Counted from the stretch's first letter, positions 41,049-50,292 are shown. The stretch is DNA of 64,000 nucleotides from Candidatus Onthenecus intestinigallinarum (GCA_018713325.1 DVFJ01000017.1:9355-73354); one strand, 5' to 3'. The notes: a model not told the origin generated them from the letters alone. A program made the numbers and translations.

Positions 41049-41779
41049 ACCGTTTCCTCCTTTTCCGTTCCGTCGGTCGTCTCGATCACTCGCCACGCTC
41101 CCTGAAGCGTCAGCCGCTGGCCTTTTTCATCTTCGAGCGTCGTATGCGCCGCCCGATCCGCTTCTACCTCGCCGTCCATCTGCCTCAGATATGCTCCGCT
41201 CGCGTATCCCTCCAGACCCCCGTGCCGGATGCGCGGCCACCCGTCGCCGGTATCCTCCAGCACCTCGACCATCGCGCCCTTGGGGATGCTGCCCAGCACC
41301 TCGCCCGTCTCCGGCCAGGTCCTCACGCGCAGCGGATCGCGCTGCGTCTCCACCACCGCCCAGCCGGTCGGGCAGCTGTTCTCCTCCGCCGCGACCTCGA
41401 TATACCGGTGCGCGGCCAGCAGATCCCACGTCCCGTCCAGCGCCGTCTCCACCGTCTCGCCCGCTGCGCTGGATGCGTGCACCACCGTGCCCGCCTCCGT
41501 CACCAGCCCCACGTGGTGCACGTCCGTCCCGCTGCGCTTGAACGCCAGCATCCCCGCCCGCGCGCCCGCCGTCCCCTCCTGCCGCCACACCAGGTCGCGG
41601 TATTTGGCCGACGCGCCGTAGCTGTCCCACAGCGCGTTCGTCCCCGCCGTGGTGTAGTCCGCCTCGCCGCCCGGACAGTCCCGGATGACCTTCTTGATCA
41701 GGTTGATGCAGTCCAGCTGCGCGTAGGGCGTGCCCAGCAGCGCCCGCGCCCTGGCGATGGCATCCCTCGTTTGGATCAT
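41033..41779 (-). CDS. Endolysin: NlpC/P60-like catalytic domain plus SH3b-like domain
   Basis: LLGTPY..LDC, HHVGL, VHASS (Cys-His-His); LRVRTWP...IPKG..VEVL...GYASGAYL; adjacent to the holin. Confidence 0.8.
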   Translation of the reverse strand: MIQTRDAIARARALLGTPYAQLDCINLIKKVIRDCPGGEADYTTAGTNALWDSYGASAKYRDLVWRQEGTAGARAGMLAFKRSGTDVHHVGLVTEAGTVVHASSAAGETVETALDGTWDLLAAHRYIEVAAEENSCPTGWAVVETQRDPLRVRTWPETGEVLGSIPKGAMVEVLEDTGDGWPRIRHGGLEGYASGAYLRQMDGEVEADRAAHTTLEDEKGQRLTLQGAWRVIETTDGTEKEETVCGTE

Positions 41780-41797
41780 GCGCCCGCCTCCCTTCCG

Positions 41798-42613
41798 TCA
41801 GATGGCCTCCACGTACAGCCCGACCAACTCGCTAAGCGCCTGGAATACCGGGTTGCCCGTATCCCGCGTGCACCGGTACACCACGCCGTCCTGACTGTAG
41901 TACCTGCCGCTCTCCAGCGCCATGTTCCCCTCGTAGGGGATGGGATCGTCCGCCGTGCCCGCGTGCGCCGCGTCGATGTGCGTCCACAGCGAGGCCGTCT
42001 CCGTGCCCGGTGTCCATTCCGCCTGCGACGTGTGCGACGTGCGGCAGAGGTAGAGCGCGTCGCCCTCGCCGTAGCGCACGATGTCGCGATCCGCCTCGTA
42101 CGCCCTGTCGGGCTGCCACGCGTTAAACAGCGGCTTCACCGCCTCGATCTCCTCCGTGCGCAGCGCGTCCGCGTTCGCCGCCACCGTCATGCGCGCGGCG
42201 ACCTTCGCGGCATCCACCTGCACGAGCATCGACGCGCCGCCGGCGTCCGCCCCGTCGGGGGCCTGCGGCCACTCGACCCGATCCGGGAATCCTTCCTGCT
42301 GCGGCACATCGCGCAGCGCCTGCCGGTACGCCGCCCATGCCGCGCGAGATTCCTCGCTGCACGGATAGTCCGGCATCATCCGGTAGTCGCAGGCCTGTAG
42401 CATCCCGTCCCGGATCGCGCGCGCGAAGAGCGTGTCCGCCCGCTGTCCGCCCCGATAGAACACGCCGTCCGCATACGTGTCGCCGATGTTCACCGGCACG
42501 TTCTCCGGCGCGTCCGCCAGCGTCACGCCTTCCAGTTGCTCGTATTCCGACCGGCTCATGCCGCCCAGTTCAATGATGTTCTGCACCACGCCGTCCTTGA
42601 TGACGTAAACCAT
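41798..42613 (-). CDS. Tail-fibre assembly chaperone-like protein with C-terminal carbohydrate-binding-like repeats
   Basis: IRDGMLQACDY...WAAYRQALRDVPQQEGFP..VEWP; then LYLCRTSHTSQAEWTP...LW and YYSQDGVVYRCTRD. Confidence 0.75.
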   Translation of the reverse strand: MVYVIKDGVVQNIIELGGMSRSEYEQLEGVTLADAPENVPVNIGDTYADGVFYRGGQRADTLFARAIRDGMLQACDYRMMPDYPCSEESRAAWAAYRQALRDVPQQEGFPDRVEWPQAPDGADAGGASMLVQVDAAKVAARMTVAANADALRTEEIEAVKPLFNAWQPDRAYEADRDIVRYGEGDALYLCRTSHTSQAEWTPGTETASLWTHIDAAHAGTADDPIPYEGNMALESGRYYSQDGVVYRCTRDTGNPVFQALSELVGLYVEAI

Positions 42614-42628
42614 GCGTTCCCTCCTTCG

Positions 42629-44110
42629 TTACAGATACCGCCACGCGCGTACCGCCACCAGACCGGCGCCGCCCGCTGCGGAGTTGTCCGCCTGGTCGTC
42701 CGAGCCGCGCCCGCCGTGCCCGTAGCCCGAACCCGCCAGCGCCGCACCGCGCGCGTCTCTTCCCACGTTCCCGCCGCGTCCGCCCGCGCCCGGCGTTGCG
42801 CCATAGATGCCGGCGCCGCCGTCTCCGCCCTGCGCGTACAGGTAACGGGCGCTTGACGCGCTCTGAAAGCAGTAGTACTCGTCCGTATTGGCGCCCGTTC
42901 CGCCGTTCGTCGGCGTCGTTCCCCAGTTGCCGCCTGATCCGCTTCCGCCGCTCGTCCCCTTGTATCCGCCGCCGCCTCCGCCGCTGACGCCATAGGTGCC
43001 AGTACCCGTGCCGCCGCCAGGCGTGTTCATCCCATCTCCTCCCGCCATCGACGTCTGTGCGGTCGTGTGGGCCGCCCGCCCGCCGCCACCACCGCCCGCG
43101 CCTCCGTTGCCGCCGCGATGGCTTCCGGGGACGATCCAAGCCGGGGTATGCACGATGCCGCGCTGTCCTCCGCCCGCAGCCACCAGCGAGCCGAAGCCCG
43201 ACGCGCCGCCATCCACGCCTGAACGGCTTTGATCCCCAGCCGGCGCGGATTCAAGCCCCCTCGCGCCACCCGCACCGACGGTCACGGCCACCGCCGTACC
43301 AGGAGTGACCGCAACGCCCACCCCATGGGAGATGTGCCCGCTCGCGCCGCCGCATCCTCCTCCTCCATCTCCGAAGCGCGCGCTGCCGCCGCCGCCCCCT
43401 CCGATGCACGTCACGTCCACGCGCTCGGCCCATGCGGGCACCGTGTACGTCCCGCTCGCGGTGAAGTAGCTGTCCACATGCTGCGGCGCGTGGGCAGTCA
43501 GCGTCACGGCGCTGGACGCCGCCGAATCGAACCCTGCGACCGTGCCCAGCGCCTTGACGGTGAACGCGTAGCTCGCGCCGTCCGTGGCCGGGGCCGTCAC
43601 GACCAGCGTGGTCACGCCCGCCGCGACGGTTGTGAAGGCCGCTCCGCCCCGGTAGATGGCGTAGCCCGCAACCGGATTGTTCGTACCGCCCGCAGCGGCG
43701 CTCCACGAGAACGTCGCCTGTCCGGAGAGCTTCACGTCTTGTGCCGACAGCCATACGCTCGCGGGCGCGGCCGGAGCCGTCACGAGGCTCGTCAGCACCG
43801 CCGACGCCACCGATACCGGCGAATCGAAACCCGGAATCGTGCCCTTTGTCCGCACCGTAAAGGTGTAGCTTCCGTTCTGTGCGGGCGACTGTACGTCCAG
43901 GCTCGCCTGTGTCACGGTTCCCAGCGACATGCCGTCCCGGTAGACCTCGTAGCCCGCGATCGGGTTGCCCGCGCCGCCCTGCGCGCCGGTCCAGGAGAGC
44001 GTCACCGTCTGCCAGAATCCCACATTGTTTGCGCTGAGCGTCAGCTGTGTCGGGGCCGTGCAGGCCGTGACCAGCGCGCCTCCGTTCAGCACGCGGCAGA
44101 ACGTCGCCAT
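42629..44110 (-). CDS. Tail fibre / receptor-binding protein, copy A (two Fn3-like domains plus Gly-rich tip)
   Basis: LSWTGA...GYEVYRDG, FSWSAA...GYAIYRG; FTASGTYTVP...CIGGGGGG Gly-rich domain. Confidence 0.75.
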   Translation of the reverse strand: MATFCRVLNGGALVTACTAPTQLTLSANNVGFWQTVTLSWTGAQGGAGNPIAGYEVYRDGMSLGTVTQASLDVQSPAQNGSYTFTVRTKGTIPGFDSPVSVASAVLTSLVTAPAAPASVWLSAQDVKLSGQATFSWSAAAGGTNNPVAGYAIYRGGAAFTTVAAGVTTLVVTAPATDGASYAFTVKALGTVAGFDSAASSAVTLTAHAPQHVDSYFTASGTYTVPAWAERVDVTCIGGGGGGSARFGDGGGGCGGASGHISHGVGVAVTPGTAVAVTVGAGGARGLESAPAGDQSRSGVDGGASGFGSLVAAGGGQRGIVHTPAWIVPGSHRGGNGGAGGGGGGRAAHTTAQTSMAGGDGMNTPGGGTGTGTYGVSGGGGGGYKGTSGGSGSGGNWGTTPTNGGTGANTDEYYCFQSASSARYLYAQGGDGGAGIYGATPGAGGRGGNVGRDARGAALAGSGYGHGGRGSDDQADNSAAGGAGLVAVRAWRYL

Positions 44111-44836
44111 TTACACCACCTCCGAGAGTAGCACGAGCAGCGTGAACGCCTCCGACGGCTTCGCAAGGCATACCATCGTCAGCGTGTCGTCCGCGTCCAC
44201 GCGCAGGCCCGCCAGCAGCACGTTTCCGATCTGCGCGCCCTGCACCGCCGCGTCTACTCTCTGCGTCTGGCTGTCCGCGACCGTGCCCGCGCACGCGACC
44301 GTCTTCTCGTACCAGCCCTGCGCGTTCTGCGTCCAGCCGTCCGCCGCCACGCTCAGCTCCACGCGGCCCGTCTGCACGAGCGCCCCGCTGCCGGAGGCCG
44401 CCAGCGCGCCGACCTCCTGCGCCGTCGGCATCCACGTGTCCGGCCGCGCCCCTACGTCCGCGGCGGTCAGCGCATCCAGCTCCTCCTGCACCTTCTGCCC
44501 GCTCCATGGGTTGTCCGCGCTCGCCTGCGTGTCGTCGATCTGCGGAGCGTCCAGGCCGTCCTGGCCCGGCGTTCCATCCTGGCCATCCCTGCCTGTCGGC
44601 ACGCCGATCGTCAGCATGAGTCCGTCCGCTCCGGCTGCCACCTGTGCCGTCGCCTGCGCGCCCGGCTCCAGCGTCACCGCCCGTGCCTTCATGCCTGACA
44701 CTTGCGCAGCCGCCTCGCGCGCCAACCGTGCCGAAGCGAGCACCCACTGCTCCGTATGCGTATCCACTTCAGATACCGCCTGCGGCCGCGCCGTCACCTG
44801 TGCGTCAATCTGCCGGGCCGCTCCCGTCACGTCCAT
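44111..44836 (-). CDS. Tail fibre-associated protein with short collagen-like segment
   Basis: GRDGQDGTPGQDG, LTAADVGARPDTWMPTAQEVGA; C-terminus paralogous to 46569-47369. Confidence 0.7.
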   Translation of the reverse strand: MDVTGAARQIDAQVTARPQAVSEVDTHTEQWVLASARLAREAAAQVSGMKARAVTLEPGAQATAQVAAGADGLMLTIGVPTGRDGQDGTPGQDGLDAPQIDDTQASADNPWSGQKVQEELDALTAADVGARPDTWMPTAQEVGALAASGSGALVQTGRVELSVAADGWTQNAQGWYEKTVACAGTVADSQTQRVDAAVQGAQIGNVLLAGLRVDADDTLTMVCLAKPSEAFTLLVLLSEVV

Positions 44837-44849
44837 ATGCACCTCTCCT

Positions 44850-45212
44850 TTACACGTCGCCCACGGCTTCCAGCACCTCAAACGGCTGCGGCGCAAACGG
44901 CGTGACGACGGCAGTGCCATCCGTCACGTCACCCGCCTCATCCAGCTTCGCACCCAGCACAAAGCGTACATCCCACCAATACGTGCCCGGTTCCAACGAA
45001 CCGGTATCCGCACTTTGCAGCGCAAATACACAGCGCCCATCCGCATCCGGAACGACCGGCAGGCGCACCAATACCTCCCGGTTGCGCGCTTCTCGCTTGA
45101 GCGTGAAGACCGCGCGGTCCTCCGCGGTGAATGCTGCACCCGTGGCCGCGACGATCAGCTCCGCCGTATCTCCGCGCGTGAGCCGGATGCGCCGTCCTTT
45201 GATCTCAAACAT
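44850..45212 (-). CDS. Phage structural protein (BppU N-terminal-like)
   Basis: IRLTRGDTA, DRAVFTLK, DTGSLEPGTYWWDVR; GAGGAG RBS. Confidence 0.65.
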   Translation of the reverse strand: MFEIKGRRIRLTRGDTAELIVAATGAAFTAEDRAVFTLKREARNREVLVRLPVVPDADGRCVFALQSADTGSLEPGTYWWDVRFVLGAKLDEAGDVTDGTAVVTPFAPQPFEVLEAVGDV

Positions 45213-45224
45213 GGATTCTCCTCC

Positions 45225-46550
45225 TCACAGGTATCGCCCGGTTCTCACGGCGATCAGGCCGGCCGTTCCGTTTCCGTCGTTGTTGGATCCGCCGCCCGAT
45301 CCGTATCGCGTGCCGGGCAGCGCTGCGTTGCCGGTCTGTGCGTTGCCGGTGTTCACGCCCGTGCCGCCCGCGCCGCCCGTGCCCAGCCTGCGGCCGGTCG
45401 ACGGGTCGGAAAACGGATAGTAGGCCGCGTCGCTTGCAGGCGGGCTCCAGCTCTCGCCGTTGGCGCCCTGGCTGCCGATGTTTCCGCTGTTGGGGCCGTA
45501 CCGGCTCCAGCCGCCGCCCGCGCCGCCGATGCCGCCCGCGCCGCCCGCGCCGCCGTTGGGCGCGGAGGTGCTGGACGAGGCGTCGCCCGGGCTGCCGCCC
45601 AATCCTCCGCGCGCCGTCAGCAGCGATCCGAACGAGGTCGCCCCGCCCGCACGTCCGGCCTCAAACGCGTTGGGCGCGGCAATGCCCCCGCCGCCCACCG
45701 TGACCTGTATGGACGCGCCCGGCGTGAACTGTCCGGCGCCCAGCGCAAGCTCCGCCTTTTCGCCCGTGCCGCCGCCGCCAAAGCCGCCGCCCGGATACGT
45801 CGTGCCGTAGTTGTAGCCCGGCGCGCCGCGTCCGCCGCCGCCGCCGATGCAGCACACGCGCAGGGACTCGGCCCCCCACGGCACCGTGTACGTCCCGCTC
45901 TGCGTGAGGAACACATCCGCGTACTGCGGCGCGTGCGCCGTGAGCGTCACGGCGGTGGATACCGCCGAGTCGAACCCGGCGACCGCGCCCTTTGCCCTGA
46001 CGGTGAACGCGTAGCCCGCGCCGTCCGCGGCCGGGGCCGTCACGATCAGCGAGGTCACGCCCGCGGCGACGGTCGTAAACGCCCCGCCGTCCCGCAGGAT
46101 CTCGTATCCCGCGACCGGGTTGTTCGCGCCGCCCGCCGCCGCATTCCAGCTCAGCGTCGCCTGTCCGGACAGCTTCACGTCGTATGCGGACAGGCGCACG
46201 TTTGTGGGCGCGGCACAGGCTGTCACGCGGCTCGTCAGCGTCGCTGAGGCCGCCGATACGGGCGAATCGAAGCCCGGAATCGTGCCCTTTGTCCGCACCG
46301 TGAAGGTGTAGCTCCCGTTCTGCGCGGGCGACTGTACCGCCATGCTCGCCTGCGTCACGGTTCCCAGCAGCGCCCCGTCCCGGTAGACCTCGTAGCCCGC
46401 GATCGGATTTCCCGCGCCGGGCATCGCTCCGGTCCAGGAGAGCGTCACCGTCTGCCCGAATCCCACATGGTTTGCGCTGAGCGTCAGCTGTGTCGGGGCC
46501 GTGCAGGCCGTGACCAGCGCGCCGCCGCCGGTCGAGTAGCACATCGTCAT
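45225..46550 (-). CDS. Tail fibre / receptor-binding protein, copy B
   Basis: About the first 210 aa nearly identical to 42629-44110; different Gly-rich C-terminus. Confidence 0.75.
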   Translation of the reverse strand: MTMCYSTGGGALVTACTAPTQLTLSANHVGFGQTVTLSWTGAMPGAGNPIAGYEVYRDGALLGTVTQASMAVQSPAQNGSYTFTVRTKGTIPGFDSPVSAASATLTSRVTACAAPTNVRLSAYDVKLSGQATLSWNAAAGGANNPVAGYEILRDGGAFTTVAAGVTSLIVTAPAADGAGYAFTVRAKGAVAGFDSAVSTAVTLTAHAPQYADVFLTQSGTYTVPWGAESLRVCCIGGGGGRGAPGYNYGTTYPGGGFGGGGTGEKAELALGAGQFTPGASIQVTVGGGGIAAPNAFEAGRAGGATSFGSLLTARGGLGGSPGDASSSTSAPNGGAGGAGGIGGAGGGWSRYGPNSGNIGSQGANGESWSPPASDAAYYPFSDPSTGRRLGTGGAGGTGVNTGNAQTGNAALPGTRYGSGGGSNNDGNGTAGLIAVRTGRYL

Positions 46551-46568
46551 CCTGTCTCCCCTCCGCTC

Positions 46569-47369
46569 TTACATGTCTACCAGCACAACCTCTTCGACGC
46601 TCACGTCCAGCTCAAAGGCCGCCTGCGGCTGCGTCAGGCAGATCATCGTCAGCGTGCCGTCCTCGTCCACGCGGCAACCGGCCAGCATCACCTTGCCGAT
46701 CTGGCTGCCCGCCACGCCGTATCGCACGCGCTGCGTCTGGCTGTCCGCCTCCGTCCCTTCCGCCGTCATCTTCTTCTCCCACATGCCCGCCTCGCCCTGC
46801 GTCCATCCCTCCGCCGGCACGCTCAGCGTCATGCGCGCGATCTCCTGTACCATGTTGCCCGGCACGCGCGCCTCGACGGCCTGCAGCCTTGTCTCCCAGG
46901 CATCCGCGCTCTCCTGAATCGCAGCAGCTGCAGCCGTAGCGCGCGATGCGGCGGCGTCCGCGCCCGCAATGGCGGCGTTCACCTGTATGATCAGCTCAGC
47001 CCATGCGTCGTTCTGCGCGGGCGTCACCTCTGTGGACGGCGCCGGACGTGCAATGGGCGTAAAGGATGCCCGGTAGAGCGTGCACGCCTGGGACTGAGAG
47101 CGAATGGCATAGACATGCGCGCGGACGGTGCAGGCGCGGCGCAGATAGATGTCGGGCACATCCGCAAGCCAAAGCGCGGTCCGGCGGTCGTAGTGCGCGG
47201 TGCGGGTCTCAGCCTGTTCGTCGCCGTCAAAGCCGTAGTGGACCTCCACGGCGGCAGCCTCCATGTCGCCGGGCAGTCCGGAGAGGGCGAGGGTCTGTCC
47301 GGTATCGTATTGAAAGACGTCGGTGGCGACGGCCTCACGCGCGCCGCCGTCAAAGGAAGCATGGATCAT
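46569..47369 (-). CDS. Tail/baseplate-upper-like fibre anchor protein
   Basis: VFQYDTGQTLALSGLP...EVHY...DVPDIYL...PIARPAP N-terminus, coiled-coil, and C-terminal domain shared with 44111-44836. Confidence 0.65.
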   Translation of the reverse strand: MIHASFDGGAREAVATDVFQYDTGQTLALSGLPGDMEAAAVEVHYGFDGDEQAETRTAHYDRRTALWLADVPDIYLRRACTVRAHVYAIRSQSQACTLYRASFTPIARPAPSTEVTPAQNDAWAELIIQVNAAIAGADAAASRATAAAAAIQESADAWETRLQAVEARVPGNMVQEIARMTLSVPAEGWTQGEAGMWEKKMTAEGTEADSQTQRVRYGVAGSQIGKVMLAGCRVDEDGTLTMICLTQPQAAFELDVSVEEVVLVDM

Positions 47370-47419
47370 GGCGCTCGTCCTCCTGATGATGTGAAATGAA
47401 ACGGGAAATCATGGCGCGT

Positions 47420-47449
47420 GGGGGCGGAGCAGACGTCCGCCCCCCTTTT
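47420..47449. terminator. Intergenic hairpin between the head/nozzle and fibre modules
   Basis: GGGGGCGGA-N7-TCCGCCCCC; the T run is on the + (antisense) strand only. Confidence 0.45.
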
Positions 47450-47516
47450 CCTGCGTCGCGAGGGGGATGCCGCCGCATCGTCCCGGATGGTTCATCCGCG
47501 CTGCGCGCTTGTGCCG

Positions 47517-48359
47517 TCACCTGTACTTCTGCGTGCTCTTCCAGGCCTTGTCGAAGGGTTCGTCATCCCTTGCGGCGGTCTTGGACGAGGTCTTCGAGCC
47601 GCCCGAGGAGCCGGAAGCGCTCTTGACCGTGGCGGTCGAGCTCGCGCTGTTGGACCATCCGGAGGTCTGTTCGGTGCGCTGGGAGCCGCCCTGGGTGCGG
47701 GTGCCGGAGGCCAGCTCGACCGCGGTGAGGAAGTCCGCATTGCGAGCGGCCCGATCCGCCTGGGCGCGGTCGTACTCGCGGTCATACAGCTCCTGCAGGT
47801 AGTTGGAGACGTTTGTGGCGCGGTCCTGCTGTAGGCGGCCGAGCGTCTGTGCCAGCTGGTCGGACAGCTGTGTGCGCTGCTGGCCGATGTCTGCAGCCTG
47901 GCGGTTGGCGTCCTCGTCCACCTGGCGCAGCGCCTCAGCACGGGCGGCGTCGTTGCCCGCCAGGGTGGAGAGCGTGTAGCTGGACCGGCCCATGCCGCGC
48001 TCCAGCGCGTCCAGCTCAATGCGTGCGCGGGCCTGGTCAAAGGCAGCGTTCTGCCCTGCACGTTCGCGGTCAAGGCCGGCGAGGATGCCGGCGAGCTGTT
48101 GGGAAAGGGCGAGGTCCTGCTGTTGTTGTTGCTGCTTGGCGGCCTCGACGGCGGCGGCATACTCGGGCGCATAGCGCTGTTCAGCGAGCTGTTGCAGCTC
48201 TTCGTCCGTCTTGGGCGTGTATGCCGGGGATGCCAGTCCCTGAAGGAGACGCCGCAGGAGTTCCTCGTCCAGGAAGCGGGAGGAGAGCTGCCAATCGGAC
48301 GTCTGCGCAGAGGAAGTCGAGGCAGAGTTGGAAGAGGTGTTGGACGTGGTGGTGGACAT
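47517..48359 (-). CDS. Coiled-coil protein, candidate DNA ejection/pilot protein
   Basis: Gln/Ala-rich helical core with RGMGRSSY and Ser/Thr-rich ends; lies after the nozzle gene. Confidence 0.55.
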   Translation of the reverse strand: MSTTTSNTSSNSASTSSAQTSDWQLSSRFLDEELLRRLLQGLASPAYTPKTDEELQQLAEQRYAPEYAAAVEAAKQQQQQQDLALSQQLAGILAGLDRERAGQNAAFDQARARIELDALERGMGRSSYTLSTLAGNDAARAEALRQVDEDANRQAADIGQQRTQLSDQLAQTLGRLQQDRATNVSNYLQELYDREYDRAQADRAARNADFLTAVELASGTRTQGGSQRTEQTSGWSNSASSTATVKSASGSSGGSKTSSKTAARDDEPFDKAWKSTQKYR

Positions 48360-48610
48360 CAGGATCGCCTCCAGGCGTAGAATGCGCCGACCTGCCCGGC
48401 AGGTTCAAATCCGGCGGCGGGCGGGGCGTCGTCGAAGGTGAGCAGGATGCAGCCGCGGCGGGGGCGCAGTTCGCCCAGGGCGCGGTAGATGTCCTCAAGC
48501 GCGGCGCGCAGCGCCCGCGCGAGGGCGGGGACATAGCGGGCGAGCGCGGAGGCGGATGCCAGCTCGCGCTCAGAGGCAGCGGGTACGGCAGGGGGTTGCA
48601 GTTTGGTCAT
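48359..48610 (-). CDS. Small phage hypothetical protein
   Basis: GGAGG RBS; MTKLQPPAVP...LEDIYRALGEL; stop overlaps the next start. Confidence 0.6.
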   Translation of the reverse strand: MTKLQPPAVPAASERELASASALARYVPALARALRAALEDIYRALGELRPRRGCILLTFDDAPPAAGFEPAGQVGAFYAWRRS

Positions 48611-48636
48611 GTGCACCTCCGGTATGTAGGGTGATG

Positions 48637-50049
48637 TCAGCCGAGGTTCTCGTCGTCGGTGTGCACCTCCAGCCCGCCGGGGATGCGCCAGGGACGATTG
48701 TCCTCGCCGTACAGGCACAGGCGAAAGCGCACGCCGCGCAGCGGAAAGCGAAGGCGATAGGTGCGGCCCTCAGGGCGCAGGGTGACGGCGCGCTCGAGGC
48801 GGCCGCGTTCGGTCTGCACGGCCAGGCGCAGGCATAGGCCGTCGGCGCCCTCGGCAAAGAACCGGACGACGAAGCCGTCCTTGCGCTTGCGCTGGGAGTC
48901 GCCGCCGAGCCATCCGGTGGTCCAGGCGAAGGAGGCGGGCAGGCCGTCGCGGCCATAGCCTGCGCCGTAGCGGTAGACGCGGCAGGGATCGAGGCTGGAG
49001 GTGAAGTAGACGCCGTCCGCGCCCTCGAGGAATGCGCGCACGCAGACGCCGCGGCGCAGCATGAACGTCTCGCGCAGGATGTCGTATTCGATCACGGCGT
49101 CGTTGTAGGAGGATCCGTCCAGGGCGAGGGCGAGGTAGTAGACGTGGCCGTGCTGCACGGCGCAGGCATTGTGGAAGGACGCGCCGCGCAGGGTCTCGCA
49201 GAGGGCGTCCTTGGCTAGGAGGCGGGCGCACACGCCGTCATAGACGGCGATCTCGCCGCCGGAGAGATAGAACATGGCCGCGCCGTCGACGGCGACGGTG
49301 TCGGGCGCATCGGGGGCGTCGGCGCCATATTCGGGGGTGATGACAAAAGAGGAAGGATCCGCGCCGCGCAGCTGATAGATGCTGCGGGTCTTGAGGGCGA
49401 GCAGGTATGCGCCCAGGGGCTGCAGCGCGACAAACCGGTCGCCATCCCAGGAAGGCTGACGGATGACGCCGCCGCCCATTTCGGGGTTCTGCTCGTCGGC
49501 GGACCAGTCAAAGGGATCGTAGGGGCGGGAGTAATAGAGGCTGTCGGGTTCGCCGTCGACGCCCGCGCCGAAGATGCGCTCGGCGTGGCGGCCCAGGACG
49601 GCAAAGCGCGCGGGGGTCTGCTTGCGCTCCACGCGCAGGTCGTCGCCGTAGAGGGCGATCATGCCGTCCTGGGCGTTGGTGAGGATGAGCACGTCGACGC
49701 CGCCGGTCTCATAGGCGACGCAGTCCCATCGGTCGCAGAAGAGGGGGCCGGACAGGCGGCAGATCCAGCCGCCGTCCGGTCCGTCGCAGGTAAAGACGCC
49801 GTCAAGGGTGCAGGCGACGAAGATCTCGTCGCCCTTCTCCCGGCGGAAGAGGCGGGCCAGCGTGCCGATGGGACGGTAAGCGCCGTCGTCGCCGCGGATG
49901 GGCGGCAGGAAGGCCTCAAATCCCGGCGCGGCGGCGAGCGCGCCCAGGCGGGTGGAGACGTCGTGGGCGTCAAATGCGCAGCCTTCGGGCACGTCGCTGT
50001 CGCCGCGGGCCTGCCATAGGCCGCGAAAACCGTCCAGTCGCAGGATCAT
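48637..50049 (-). CDS. Podovirus-type tail nozzle / stabilization protein (beta-propeller-like)
   Basis: LDGFRGL, LILTNAQDGM, HAERIFGAG, DSLYYSRPYDPFDW; beta-rich; expected position after the capsid gene. Confidence 0.65.
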   Translation of the reverse strand: MILRLDGFRGLWQARGDSDVPEGCAFDAHDVSTRLGALAAAPGFEAFLPPIRGDDGAYRPIGTLARLFRREKGDEIFVACTLDGVFTCDGPDGGWICRLSGPLFCDRWDCVAYETGGVDVLILTNAQDGMIALYGDDLRVERKQTPARFAVLGRHAERIFGAGVDGEPDSLYYSRPYDPFDWSADEQNPEMGGGVIRQPSWDGDRFVALQPLGAYLLALKTRSIYQLRGADPSSFVITPEYGADAPDAPDTVAVDGAAMFYLSGGEIAVYDGVCARLLAKDALCETLRGASFHNACAVQHGHVYYLALALDGSSYNDAVIEYDILRETFMLRRGVCVRAFLEGADGVYFTSSLDPCRVYRYGAGYGRDGLPASFAWTTGWLGGDSQRKRKDGFVVRFFAEGADGLCLRLAVQTERGRLERAVTLRPEGRTYRLRFPLRGVRFRLCLYGEDNRPWRIPGGLEVHTDDENLG

Positions 50050-50064
50050 GGGCGCTCCCTCCGA

Positions 50065-50292
50065 TCAGAGCGCGCCGCAGTCGCGGAACATGCGCAGCAC
50101 GACGGTGGGCATGTCGACGCGCTGGCCGCGGGCGTAGCGGACGGGGATGCCGTTCCAGCAGCCGTAGAGTTCCCGTTCGCCGTCAGGGGCGGGCGGAATG
50201 AGGACGGCCTCGCGCGTGGATTGTGCAAGCGCCTGCGCGGCGGAGCGTTCCTGGTCGCGGGCGCGGCGTTCAAGGCGTTCGTTTTCGGTCAT
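50065..50292 (-). CDS. Small phage protein downstream of the capsid gene
   Basis: WNGIPVRYARGQRVDMPTVV; AAAGGAG RBS. Confidence 0.65.
   Translation of the reverse strand: MTENERLERRARDQERSAAQALAQSTREAVLIPPAPDGERELYGCWNGIPVRYARGQRVDMPTVVLRMFRDCGAL

Noticed and set aside
44105-44116. Stop-codon readthrough fusing anchor and fibre genes (TAA-ATG in frame here; the 46569/46550 pair is also in frame)
   Set aside because: TAA is an efficient stop, both downstream genes have RBS-like sequences, and in-frame spacing is common by chance
42629-46550. Diversity-generating retroelement or invertase shufflon acting on the fibre genes
   Set aside because: No reverse transcriptase or invertase in the window; the repeats are direct, cover the N-termini, and their differences are not adenine-specific
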